Positions 1-11,994 of a stretch of 64,000 nt of DNA are shown here, one piece after another (position 1 is the first letter of the stretch; every line of letters starts with the position of its first letter). Both the position numbers and the translations under genes were made by a program. Source of the stretch: Neophaeotheca triangularis (lineage: Eukaryota); assembly GCA_054600435.1 (NCBI GenBank), contig BAAIJX010000022.1:186001-250000 (forward strand), written 5' to 3'. Under the pieces are notes generated by a model. It searched no databases, was not told where the DNA came from, and saw nothing but the letters and a program-made list of their open reading frames with translations.

Positions 1-22
1 TCGAAGTACTCGTACACTTCCC

Positions 23-832
<810 letters not shown>

Positions 833-1239
833 TTTGAGGGTTGGCGCAATGGGATCGCTGGTGCTGTTGATGTGGAGGAATACCCTGCCGTGAGTTGAAC
901 GGTCTCGAGATATGGGGGTCGAGTCGAGAGGATTGCGCGGAAGAGTTGTCGGCTCGGTTGTTGTGGTGAAAAGGTTAACAGTCAAATGGATATGGAGGAT
1001 TTGGGTATTGATTGTTTGGGTGCATCGTCACTGTTCAGGAGAACGACCGGTTGGACCGGGACTCCACGAGGCCCAGTCGACCGGGGAGTGGACCCTGGCT
1101 TCAGAGCGATTGATTAGATAAGCCTGTTATTTTCTCCAACTTCCCAGACTTCTCCAACCTCACGGTGTCACTTTGATATCGTTGCAACAATCCCACATAC
1201 ATCCAGCTTTCTGCAACATCGTCAGACTGAATACCAAGC

Positions 1240-2559
1240 ATGGCGGAATCAGCAATACTGGCACCGGCCACCTACAAACAACCCTCCCGAAAGGGTAAAA
1301 AGGCTTGGCGCAAAAACGTCGACATCTCGCAAGTCCAGTCTGGCCTCCAAGATGTACGAGACGAGACCATTCAAGGCGGTGTCGTTGCGGAGAAGACGGC
1401 AGATCAGCTCTTTGCCACGGACGTCGCAGGAGACGAAAATGTAGCCAAGCAACAGCGAGGGAAAAAGCTGCTCAAAGCCGACGAAATTCTCGCCCAGCGC
1501 TCCGCCGTACCTGCCCTCGACCGCAGAAAGCGCAAAGCTGAAGAGACTGTTGTACCGAGCAGCCACAAAAAGTCCAAGAACGGCCACTACGTCACGCACA
1601 AGGAACTTCAAGAGCTCAAGAAAGCGGCCAACCGCGTCGGCGACGTTGTGGTCGAAGAACCGCCTCCGGCCTTTGACCCATGGGCCGATAACACCAAGCC
1701 GAAAGACCCGCGGTTCAGCTTCTTGCCTGAGAAAAAGGACAAGGTCGCTCCCGAGACGCTCAAACACGCTCCCGTAGCCCAGACGGCCACGGGCAAGCAC
1801 CTCCCCAACGTCCGTAAGCCCGAGGCCGGCAAGTCGTACAACCCGCTTGTGGGCGACTGGACGGCGCTGCTGGAACGCGAAGGCGCGGCAGCGGTGGAAG
1901 CAGAAAAGACACGCCTGAGAGAGGAGGCTGAAGCTCGGGACGCCGAAGCGCGAGCAGAAGCCGAGGCGGCCAAGGTCGAAGCCGCGGAGAAGGACGCTTA
2001 CGGCACTGACTATGAGAGCGCATGGGAGAGCGAGTGGGAGGGTTTCCAGAGCGATGGCGGCGAGCAATTTGTCGCTAAGCAGCAGAAACGCAAGACACCG
2101 GCCGAGCGGAATAAGGTCAAGGCCCGGAAAGAGCGCGAGGCGAGGGAGAAATGGGAGCAGAAGCAAAAGATCCGCGACGCGCAGGAAAAGCAGATTGCGG
2201 CCATTGCCAAGGAGTCAAGGGCGAAAGATCTGGCTAAAAAAGGGAGCGGGAAACAACTCGTCGCTGCAAAGGAGGTTGCCGAGGAGTCTTCTGCCGACGA
2301 GGGTGTGAGTGGCGAGCCCAAGCTGAGGCGCACGAGGTTCGGCAAGGTTGCCATCCCCGATGCGCCTTTGGAGGTCACCTTGCAGGATGAGTTGCAAGAT
2401 TCGCTGAGGAGGTTGAAGCCTCAAGGGAATTTGCTGCAGGATCGTTACAGGAACCTGCTTGTGAACGGAAAGGTTGAGCCGAGGAAACCGGTGTGGCAGC
2501 GCAAGAAGGCGCAAAGGTTCGCCACGGAGAAGTGGACGTACAAGGATTTCAAGATTTGA
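1240..2559 (+). CDS. NOP53: Ribosome biogenesis protein Nop53
   Basis: N-terminal QPSRKGKKAWRKNVDI, SYNP motif, and C-terminal LQDSLRRLKPQGNLLQDRYRNL..EPR..EKWTYKDF typical of Nop53/GLTSCR2. Confidence 0.95.
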   Translation: MAESAILAPATYKQPSRKGKKAWRKNVDISQVQSGLQDVRDETIQGGVVAEKTADQLFATDVAGDENVAKQQRGKKLLKADEILAQRSAVPALDRRKRKAEETVVPSSHKKSKNGHYVTHKELQELKKAANRVGDVVVEEPPPAFDPWADNTKPKDPRFSFLPEKKDKVAPETLKHAPVAQTATGKHLPNVRKPEAGKSYNPLVGDWTALLEREGAAAVEAEKTRLREEAEARDAEARAEAEAAKVEAAEKDAYGTDYESAWESEWEGFQSDGGEQFVAKQQKRKTPAERNKVKARKEREAREKWEQKQKIRDAQEKQIAAIAKESRAKDLAKKGSGKQLVAAKEVAEESSADEGVSGEPKLRRTRFGKVAIPDAPLEVTLQDELQDSLRRLKPQGNLLQDRYRNLLVNGKVEPRKPVWQRKKAQRFATEKWTYKDFKI

Positions 2560-2816
2560 GAATAGAGATGAGAAGAGCGGTGCCCCAATGTTTTGTAGTA
2601 AATGGAAACGACCGCGATACAAGCGTGGTCACGGGCGAATCGGACATGAGCCAGCACTGAATGAGACAGCGACTACGCGAATGTCCAAACTTCTCGAAAT
2701 CAAGTGTCCCGGTAAGTATATCACACTACATTACAAAGTGGTATCTCGAAAAAGAACTCGAGCTGTATAGAGGGAAATCCAAAAGGCCAAACCCCGGCTT
2801 CGCTACAACGAGCAAG

Positions 2817-3677
2817 TTAAGCATCACCAGCGCGCCCCCAACACGCCCGCTCTCTTAACCCTCCTACTCCCAAGCATTCGCCCCTCTCTCCTTCCCCTTC
2901 CTCTTCCACATCAGCCTCCCCCCCACTCTCACCCCCTACATCCCCTTCCCCACTCAACTTCAACCGAGCCAGCTCAGCATCCACCCTACCCAAATCGACA
3001 CCGCTCTCACCCGACAGCTCCCGCCGAGCCGATTTTCGCCCACGACGGGTACAACAGTCGCAATCGCCCTCGCCACCTTCCCTTCCCCCAAAACCAGAGT
3101 GGTGGGCGTCATTATCCGCGTCAGAGAAATCCAAGCCGTCGAAGAGCTCGTTAGACTCGATCTCGAAATCCGAAGCGTAGCTCGAACCCGGCGTTTGGCC
3201 GCCGCTGAGGTCGTGGGGGTCGAGGTCGTCGAGGTGGCGGGAGATGATTTGGGAGCGGGTCGGGGGTTGTTGGGCTTGTGGGCGGCTGTTGGGATCGCGG
3301 CGGGTGGATGCGCGGCTGCTGCTGCTGCTGCGTCGGCGGGATGTTAGGTCGGAGGTTTGTCGCGAGGTGTAAGCGCTGTCGATGCGTTTGAGGTCGATGT
3401 CGCTTTCGTTGTCGTTGTCGTTGGAGGCGGTGGTGGAGTTTGAGGCGGTTTTGATTTTGGGTTTGGGTTTGGTTTGGGAGCGCGGCGCGGTGTGCACTCC
3501 GTTCCGCTGGGGTTGGGGTTTGAGCTCGCGGGAGCGGGTTAGGGTGGTGTTTTTCTTCTCCGTCGGGTAGGAAGTGTATGCTGCTTTTCCCAGAGACAGG
3601 ATGGAGGGGTCTGTGGAATCGGCCGTGGTGTGAGATTGTCTCTGGTAGCGGCCGGCGAAGGGACACATTTTGGGCAT
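2817..3677 (-). CDS. Hypothetical disordered Ser/Arg/acidic protein (286 aa)
   Basis: Single 286-codon ORF; the ATG of codon 4 is in CAAA-ATG context; low-complexity composition typical of fungal disordered proteins; no recognisable domain. Confidence 0.45.
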   Translation of the reverse strand: MPKMCPFAGRYQRQSHTTADSTDPSILSLGKAAYTSYPTEKKNTTLTRSRELKPQPQRNGVHTAPRSQTKPKPKIKTASNSTTASNDNDNESDIDLKRIDSAYTSRQTSDLTSRRRSSSSSRASTRRDPNSRPQAQQPPTRSQIISRHLDDLDPHDLSGGQTPGSSYASDFEIESNELFDGLDFSDADNDAHHSGFGGREGGEGDCDCCTRRGRKSARRELSGESGVDLGRVDAELARLKLSGEGDVGGESGGEADVEEEGEGERGECLGVGGLRERACWGRAGDA

Positions 3678-5858
3678 TCTTTGGCGAGGCTGATGCGCTT
3701 GTACCGTACTGTAACTCTTTGACTTGAAGTTTATTTTTTACTGTCGAGAGGTATCTTCTTTTCTTTTTCAAAAGAGTCGCTGGTGAGTGATCGTCGTCGT
3801 GTTGCATCAATGACACTTCGAGCCAGGTAGTCGAGACGGGAGAGACTCTTTATCTTCGACGTAAGACGAGCACGGCTGATCGACAACGCAGGGCTAGATG
3901 GTCTTGGTACGGCGAGCGAGGCTTGCCGCGTCGAAGGCTACTCTTGAGACTTCTGCTGGCTTGGTACTTGGGAATAACGACAATTCGGGGGGAAGAGGGG
4001 CATTGACTTTCCGCCTTGTGAGAGAGGAATGCGTCTACATATACAGAGCCAACACCCACCTACCGCAAATGCTTACCTGCCAGTGCCCTAACTCGATCTT
4101 TGGCATCATTACAGACCTCAGCTCGCAGTCACTCGTGCGACGACCGGAGACAGAGGCATCGTAGTATCGAGCTCCCCAATGCATTCGCAAACGCACAGAC
4201 TACAGCCCTCGAGACATACCCCAACAAATCGATTGCGCGGCGCGAAAGCGATCGATGCCCAAGACTTCGCCCGGTCGCCCCCCTCCTCAAGGATTGCATC
4301 GCAAAGTCTTAAAGTCGTTGGACGCGGGCTGGATCAAGGGGCGTGGCGTGGCTCCTTGGCTTACACTCACATTCGATGGATGCTTGGCGGAGGGGGATGG
4401 CTTGCGAAGCTTTTTCATGCGTCGTTTGATCATATCATCATACCTACCTTTGGTACCTAAGGATGGGTGTCGTTGTTGTGACTTCATGGTGCACTGGACT
4501 GAATCACTCTCAATCTGTTGTGGCTGCGTTCGCTTTCGCAAACCGCGAGCTGGCCAGCCGCTCAATAGAAAGAATGTATGTCACCGCAGAGCTTCGATAC
4601 ACTACCTTATGGAGCTTCTGTAGAAATGTGGTACGTCTACCTAACATTATAGCTCTTGGGAATATGTGTTAGGTACCTCCCTAGTTATCTTAGCGACCCA
4701 CATGAATGCCATGCACACTAACATTGTTGCACACGTGGTGTATCACTATTATCGAGGTCAACCGTGGCATGGCAAACGTTCGCGCTAGAGAGATCGGATC
4801 GTCGACTTGATACCTCCCGTCTCCGTTAGATCGAACGGATCTGACGGCCTTATCGATAAGGCTGTCTGATGTTGATCAGATCAGGGGTTAAAGGGGTAAC
4901 GACTGGGGTTTCATCTCAACTACCAAGTAATAGATTGCGAAGCTCTTGTTCTACTCTTTTGGAAAGTCCTCGTTGGCCAACACACGTCAACATTCCTTGC
5001 ATATCGTGTTTCCTCGCTTTCGTCTCGACTTTTAGCTGCATGGCTCCAATTGAGTCTATAGTTCAGCACCAACTCGTCCAGAAACCAAGGGGAGAGCAGA
5101 GAGTAGGACAATAGCCTCGAAGACTTCGGTAAAGCCAGAAAATCGACGAAACCTGGGATAAAGCGCTACAGTAGTGTCTACGCAGCCTTCTTCGCCAAAT
5201 CAAAGCATTTCCCCACTCGTCTATATACATTGCTCCCCGCCTTGAAATGCTCACGAGGCAGGCTCAAATGGTGCCTTAGAGAGCACAAAGGCCGCCGGGA
5301 AGAGACTGCGGGCAAAGCTTGTGGTCCCAAATAGCCAAAGCGGTCATCCCGTTGCGCTATCCCCCCCGCAAGGCGCGGTCTTTGATATTGCTTTCAGTCG
5401 AGTGTCGGGTGTTGTATCCTGAAGTTCAGCAAAAAGCAGCATGTATTGACAGAGCAGGTATCAGCCAAATGTGGCGACATCGGCACACTTCCCGGGTCGA
5501 GCGCAATAATGGACCAAGTCTAGCCGCAACCATCGACCATGCGGATGCCCGAAATGTAGCGCAGACTCTCGACAGACCACGCGAGCTACCTGCTCGACGC
5601 AAACCGAAGTCAAAAAGGCCGGCATGATTATTCTTCCTCGACATGCCCCTTAGATCTCGGAAAACACAAAGTCAGACCCAAGCGGTAGCCCCTACTGTGC
5701 CCCCTCTACTGTCCTCTCAAACACATGTACCAAGAAGTTGCAACAAAACCAATATCTCTTGGCAGAAAGGGCCGGTCAGATGTCCCAACAGATCTTCGCA
5801 AGCCAAGCTCCCAGACATCAGGGCATCGCAGGGCTCAACCCTCCAAAGCAAAACGCAC

Positions 5859-6845
5859 TCAAGCACTCTTCGTCTTAGCCAACGCCTCCCTCTTCTGCCG
5901 GCCAATGACCCAAAGATACACAAAAGGGTAAATCGTCTCCGCCAAAAGCGTCAACCCAATACCCCAAACACTCGGCCAACTAGCGACGTAGGCCCAATTC
6001 TCGGGGATGTTCCAGTACCGCCAAAAGAACAGACCGTAAGCGGTATAACAGCCCAAGTACCTGGTAATCCTAAAGCCCCAAGCAAAGAAGGGGAAAACAT
6101 CAGCAAAACCAATGCAAACCCAGCAGCGAAAACAGTAACGACCAAGATCAACCCAAAGAGACAAAAGGATAGGGAGGGAAAAAAGAAAAGGGGGAAAACT
6201 CACCAAATCTCCAACGAATGCCCCCTAACATCCCTCTCCCAAATCATCAACACGACACTGCCGACGGAGATGGGAAACTGCAACGCCACGCCCGTCCAAA
6301 ACGCCGTGACCTGCTCGCGTTCGTCCGGAAACTGCTGCGTCAACCATTTCAAAAACGCCAAACACAGTCCAAAACCCACAACCATGCGCACCAAGACCCC
6401 GCGCCGGCGCTCAGGCGGGTACGCAGTCTTGATGGCTACGGCGGTGAAGGCGACGTCGAAGAGGAACCAGACGAAAAAGCAGGCGCGCTCGAAGGAAGTG
6501 CTGGGGATGACGGTCGCGTAGAAGGATTCGTAGGCCATGCAAGTGCAGCTATGTCGCGAGTCTTAGACACACAAATCAGGGGCCGGGGGGCTTGCTTGCT
6601 TGCTTGCTTGCTTACAGGTACTCGATACTGCCCGCGGTCTTTTTGTCGCGCACCGTCCGCGTCATGTAGAAGAAGTAGCACAGAGCATACAGCACGCCGC
6701 AGGCGATGATGATGCCGTCGGAGACGAAGAAGTAGCTTTCCGGCGGGTTGAGGCGGGCGTCGGCCGGCTGGACGATGAGGTGCCAGTTACTAGCTTCATG
6801 GGCGAGGGCGAAGGGGCCGCTCGAGGGGTTTGCGGTGACGTTCAT
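5859..6845 (-). CDS. PaxB/Pyr4/AtmB-like integral membrane terpene cyclase; exons 6845-6616, 6548-6204, 6069-5859
   Basis: Three exons join in frame via gtaag..tag and gtgag..tag introns into a multi-TM protein with ..LCTCMAYE.., WFLFDVAF and RDVRGHSLEIWITRYLG, resembling the PaxB-family WE and RG-S---W--R-LG motifs. Confidence 0.75.
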
Positions 6846-8072
6846 GGTTGAGCGCGGTCTTACAGCGACAGCGGAAGGAGAAGAAGAAGAGAGTAAAATG
6901 GAATGAGACAGGGAGGAGGCGAGGATATCTTGTTGTTGTACGTGCAGGCTTACTTTCTCGTCTGACATGTTTGTCGTGTATATCTTACCACTAGAGGAGT
7001 AACAAGGCTGGCCCGGATAGCCTTTTACGCGAGCCCCAAACACAATTGGCAGTTTTGAACGTAATTCTCTTCGTTGGTTTTCCATTATTAGTGTTGAAGC
7101 GAGTAGTTTCCGGTGCTTCCGGGTCGAGGAAAGCTGAAGTCATAGTCCTCGGGCTCGAGTCCGACGGCGCAAAACGCTTTTTCTTATTTGGATCGCTGAC
7201 TTCTACCGAACTGGGCAAAGGCCGCTGCTAATAACCTAGTCATTGTGAATAAAACTATGTCTTCTTTACATTTCATGCCTTGCCTTTCTGCTGAACTTAG
7301 TACTGTTCGATTAACTGTTCCAGGACCGGCAGTAAAATCGCACCTTTCCCTCGACATGGTAAGTTCGTGAAGAGAAAAGTCCGAGAATTTCCCCCCAGTA
7401 CCAGTATCTAGCCCGAGGAACGCGAGCGAACGATTCTAGCTACTATTGGTCGCTCGCTCACTGAACTAATAGCCGGCTGCTAGTTAGATGTCTAGAAGTG
7501 GAACATACCAGGTCGGTAACATACAGTATGGTTCATGAGTTGGGTAATGATATCTAACTTAGGATCTACAGGCAAAGAGCAGCACTTAATCGGAGTAGTC
7601 TAGTCTATTAGCCATTCATTATAAGGAGGGAAATGGAAGACAAAGGGGGGTTGTATATAATACCAAGGTGCCCCTATGAAAGACGCGTCTATTTAAACCT
7701 ACAAACTATGTTGTTTAGCGACTAAGATCTGCGAATTATCGTAGACCCCTTTAACCTAGCCCAGAGTGTTGCCGTGTAGTCGAGGGAAGAAGTTTAAGGT
7801 AGGCTTGAAAGCTGGGAGAAAGCAAGATTACTGGGTTGCTGCTATCCACATCAGACAACAGAACAACACAGCTGAGAGCGCAGCAAAAACCCAACCGGAA
7901 AGAAAAGGGGCGGTGTCCGTATCTATCAGTCCAGTTGTACACCCACAATCACAGAATCCGGTCATCAATTCCTCATAAACCATCCGCCCCCTTCAAACCA
8001 ACGAACCAAAAACTATCGCCCCTCCCCTCCCCGTCCCAACCCCCAGACCCCGAAAGGAAAAAGAAACCCCCA

Positions 8073-11000
8073 CTAATGCATCCTCCTCAACCCCTCAACC
8101 AACACTCTAACCTCCTCAACCCCGACCGCACCTCCAAGCTCCGCCACAACCGTCTCCTGCGCCTCTGCGTCCAAGTCCAAAAACCGCTCCACCAACTCGC
8201 CATCTACAAATCTCTGCGGTCCTTCAGCCGACATATCCCTTACGCTCGTCCTTACACCCCTGAAAGCACGGAATTCCACTTCACCGGGAGACTTGATAGT
8301 ATTGGCGAGAACGTCCTGCAATTGCATGAGTAAGTTCTGGTAGCTGGGGGAGATGGTGCCGAAGAGGTAGAGAGAACCGTCGATGGTTGCAATGAAAGCT
8401 GCAGGGATGACGACGGCGGAGGGGGACGGGAGGACGTTTTGGGAATTGAGCGGGTAGAGGCGGTTGACGGCCTCGCCGAGAGAGAGCTCGGAGATGACGC
8501 GTAAGCGGCGGGCGTCGGCGGCGTCGTAGGCGTCTTCGGGTGGGATGTGTTCGAGGACGACAAGGTTGCTTTCGCTGTCGGCGACGAGGTATGTGGTGGG
8601 GGAGAGCGGCGTTACGGCTGTGGTCCAGAGGGTCTCGTGGTGGCGGGCGAGTTCGGTGAATTGGGCCGGGGTGGCAGAGTGGGGAGGGGTATATTGGAGG
8701 AGGGAGAGGGATTTCATGAGGTCGGTGATGGCGAGGTTGTTGTTGGAGGGGTTGACGGCGAGGTCGATGGGAGCAGTGGCGGCGCGGTAGACTGCGCGTT
8801 TTGTGAGGGTTGGGGTCGAGGGGGTTTCGAAGTCGAGGGTGAATGCTACGACTGTTTTGATTAGGGCTGCGACGATGGCGGGTTGTGTTGGATGGGGGAG
8901 GTAGGCGAGACAGCGGCAGGCTCCACGTGTACTTTTTTCGTAAACAAGTTTGAGCTGCCGGGATTCCGTCACGGAGAAGATGAGAATGCGGCCGCGAGGG
9001 TCCTCGGGGACGTCGGGGTCTTCCATGTACGAGGTGCCTACTACGAAGCGCTCCTCGAGGGTATTATCGGAACTGCCGTCGGGGAGTTTGCACCTCATTA
9101 CGCTGTCGACAATCTCTTCTTCGTTGAGCTGGAACGTGTGCAGTTCTTGAAACGCAATCTCGTCAACAAGTTGAAAGTGGCTAGAAACGATTTCTTCTCC
9201 CTTTACGAGGACGCGTCTTATAGTGCCTAGTCCGAAGGCTTTGAGCTCTGTAGAGTAGGCAATGCGCCGTACCGTCTTGTCGACTCTCAGTGTCTGAACA
9301 TGGGTATTGCGCTCTTCGTCAACGATGGCTAGTTTGAGCTCGCCGGTTTCGGTTCCGATAGCAATGGCGCCAGGGTAGGCTGCGGTGTCGAATGAACAGA
9401 TTGTGCTTGCAGCCGAAGCTGTGATGGCGGAATATACCATGCGCCCGTCTGCACCGTAGATCAAACTAGGGTGCTCGCATGAAGCAAATACATTTTGCAG
9501 GCCGTTTGAGTTTCGTGGAAGAGCTGCAAAGGTCGCTTGCTGAGTACCCAATATCATAGATTTGCGGGAGGTGAAAGGCTTATCTGCGCTAAGAATGCTG
9601 TATGTGACAACATTCCCGTCAGCAAGACCTACAAACAGAGTCGGCGGTGCGCCTTCGAGGATGTTGGCGATGAGAAGGGACCGCGGCACTGCAATGCTGT
9701 CTTCATCTGCCACTCTCTCGGTGACAATGGGCTTCAGTGTTTGCAGGTCGAGAACGGCGGCTTGGCTGTCTTGCCAAAATCCGACGACGCAAGCATTCGG
9801 TAATGCAGGGCTAATATGTATGCATGACACTTGTTGTGTAGCAGAAAGCTGGATCGAGGCCGTCTGCGAGATGGTCGCATTCGCCAGGTCGAGGACGACG
9901 AGGCTTGCACCTCCAAGAGAGAGCAGGACGGTTCTGCCATTGACAGAGACGTCTGTGATGGTGGCAGCATTAGGAGGGCTCCAACTGCTCGCGACCATGT
10001 TGTTATCCGCATCAGTCAGATACACCGCAGAGCTGGTGACTTGTACAGCTCCTCCTTCAGCAGGCAAGTCGCTTGCGTAGAGAGTGCTCTCACCCATCTC
10101 GAATCCTCCAAATCGCTCGACCTCTTCAACCTGGCCCTCTTCATCAAAAACGAATGCTCGAGTCTGCCCGACAAAGCTGACAATCAGCGTCTCCGCCTGT
10201 TGCTTTGCTCTTCCTATGTTCCGCAGACTGAACATTGCGACAATGCTTTCGCCCAGCTCGCCAATGCTCCCCAAATCTTCGAGCCCGACACCACTCCTTA
10301 CAGATCTTAGGCTACCGTCAGTCCACGCACCTGAACCAGTTACAATTCTCGCCTGTCCAGAGGAGAACTCATTGACCGGCGCGTCGCTAGTACGATTACC
10401 CATATCCATGACAGTAAAGTCGAGAATTGGCGCAATGTTTTCGAATTGCTGCAGAACCTCCACGCTTTTCTCTGATATCTGCAGGATCTGAGAATCACCC
10501 TGATGACTGCCCAGAAAAACGCGAGCGGAGCCGAGATAGACTAACGTCGAGGCCCTCGAAGTATTGCCCAGAAGGTCCAGTTGATGGTTGGCGTACTCGC
10601 CGTTGGCTGATTGCTCCACAAACAAAAGGTAAAGCCGGCCGTAGTTGTCTGCGAGCGCATATCGTTGTTCGTCAATCGCACACCAAGCTGTCCAATCAGT
10701 CGCTTCCTCTAGAGGCTTCCTATTCTTGATCTCGTGTTCCCATTCGTCCACGTAGGTGATACTCGTCTCAGCTATTATGAGCATGCCGTACATCGGCTTC
10801 GGCAGCGGAATCAGATGGCTGGCACCGAATTCGATGTGTCCTCCCTGAACTTTCTTACTCTTCTCCAGCTCAGCATCCGCGGGATCACCCTTGTTCAATG
10901 AAGGCGTAAACTCCAGCTCTCTCACGGAAACGTGCACCTTTCTCTGCGAATCCTCATACAACAGCGCAATCTCTGGATTTGGAGGCTTCGGTCCACCATG

Positions 11001-11564
11001 CCGCTTGTGCAAGAAACAGCTGCTTCTGACGTTGAGTTCTGGTATCCTTACGCTTACAGCATCACCCAGCTCGCCTATTTCTGCCGTGTCGGTTGGTCTC
11101 CGCTTGCCCTTGCCCTTGTTTGCTTGAGTGATGGGGATAATGTTCATGATACCTTCATGGCAATAGAGCGCCATGAAGCGATTCGACGGGTCTATGTGTA
11201 CACGATCGCCCGTTTGGCTGTCACGGGCAGCTTTCTCAAAGACATCGGCAGCGCTCTTCTCTGTCTTGAGCTCTCGAGCTTGGGGATTCCATGACAGGGT
11301 AAAGTAGTGGAGGCGGTCGGTGCCGACGAAAAGGTGATCAGTCGGGCTCGTTGCTGGACGTATCTTCTCGAAAAGGTTGACTTTGCCGTAGATGGACTTT
11401 TTGTGTAGACAGACGAGCTGATCGGGTGCATCTGGGTTGGAGCTGTAGATTTCGATACGGTTGCCTTTTGCTACTATGAGGTCTTCTGACCCGGGGCTAA
11501 GGAAGGAGAGTTTGATTGCATGTTTGACGCTCGAAGGCCGATGAATTGGCGCGACGTAGGCCAT
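8073..11564 (-). CDS. DDB1: DNA damage-binding protein 1 (CUL4 adaptor), 1163 aa
   Basis: MAYVAPIHRPSSV start, FLGSHQGDSQ, NIAPILDF, GQARIVTGSGAWTDGSLRSVRSGVG and C-terminal RFVDGELVERFLDL..VEGLRRMH. Confidence 0.95.
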   Translation of the reverse strand: MAYVAPIHRPSSVKHAIKLSFLSPGSEDLIVAKGNRIEIYSSNPDAPDQLVCLHKKSIYGKVNLFEKIRPATSPTDHLFVGTDRLHYFTLSWNPQARELKTEKSAADVFEKAARDSQTGDRVHIDPSNRFMALYCHEGIMNIIPITQANKGKGKRRPTDTAEIGELGDAVSVRIPELNVRSSCFLHKRHGGPKPPNPEIALLYEDSQRKVHVSVRELEFTPSLNKGDPADAELEKSKKVQGGHIEFGASHLIPLPKPMYGMLIIAETSITYVDEWEHEIKNRKPLEEATDWTAWCAIDEQRYALADNYGRLYLLFVEQSANGEYANHQLDLLGNTSRASTLVYLGSARVFLGSHQGDSQILQISEKSVEVLQQFENIAPILDFTVMDMGNRTSDAPVNEFSSGQARIVTGSGAWTDGSLRSVRSGVGLEDLGSIGELGESIVAMFSLRNIGRAKQQAETLIVSFVGQTRAFVFDEEGQVEEVERFGGFEMGESTLYASDLPAEGGAVQVTSSAVYLTDADNNMVASSWSPPNAATITDVSVNGRTVLLSLGGASLVVLDLANATISQTASIQLSATQQVSCIHISPALPNACVVGFWQDSQAAVLDLQTLKPIVTERVADEDSIAVPRSLLIANILEGAPPTLFVGLADGNVVTYSILSADKPFTSRKSMILGTQQATFAALPRNSNGLQNVFASCEHPSLIYGADGRMVYSAITASAASTICSFDTAAYPGAIAIGTETGELKLAIVDEERNTHVQTLRVDKTVRRIAYSTELKAFGLGTIRRVLVKGEEIVSSHFQLVDEIAFQELHTFQLNEEEIVDSVMRCKLPDGSSDNTLEERFVVGTSYMEDPDVPEDPRGRILIFSVTESRQLKLVYEKSTRGACRCLAYLPHPTQPAIVAALIKTVVAFTLDFETPSTPTLTKRAVYRAATAPIDLAVNPSNNNLAITDLMKSLSLLQYTPPHSATPAQFTELARHHETLWTTAVTPLSPTTYLVADSESNLVVLEHIPPEDAYDAADARRLRVISELSLGEAVNRLYPLNSQNVLPSPSAVVIPAAFIATIDGSLYLFGTISPSYQNLLMQLQDVLANTIKSPGEVEFRAFRGVRTSVRDMSAEGPQRFVDGELVERFLDLDAEAQETVVAELGGAVGVEEVRVLVEGLRRMH

Positions 11565-11994
11565 GATGATATTAGCAGAGTAAAGTGTTCACAGGCGATA
11601 TCGAGTAGAGTAGTAGATGAGGCAAATGGAGTGTTGTAGCCTTTAACTCATCCCGAAGTGTCGAGGGTCAAAGTAGAGGCGAAGCAACCCAGCACCGGTG
11701 GGGGTGTGTTGGAAGGTCGATTGAGATGGAGTGAGGAGATTGTAGTAAGAGAAGCAACCTAAGATGCTGAAGGTCGAATCGATGCGATTGAAGGGTGATT
11801 GAGACGGAGCTGGAGAGACAGAGAGCTTCATGACGGAGACGCGGGGCTAACGCGTTTTAACGCCGAGGACTTCAAAAAGTACCTCCACCTCCTAGAAACT
11901 TCACATGCTCCGATTTGCTGTTTCACTGTTTCACTGTCTGTCTATACCACAACATCCTCAATTCTAATTACCACAACGTCACAGCGCCGACAAG

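Noticed and set aside
3151..3816. Overlapping 221-aa alternative-frame ORF
   Set aside because: GTG start and an Arg/Pro-rich composition typical of a wrong frame; it overlaps the better ORF 2817-3677.
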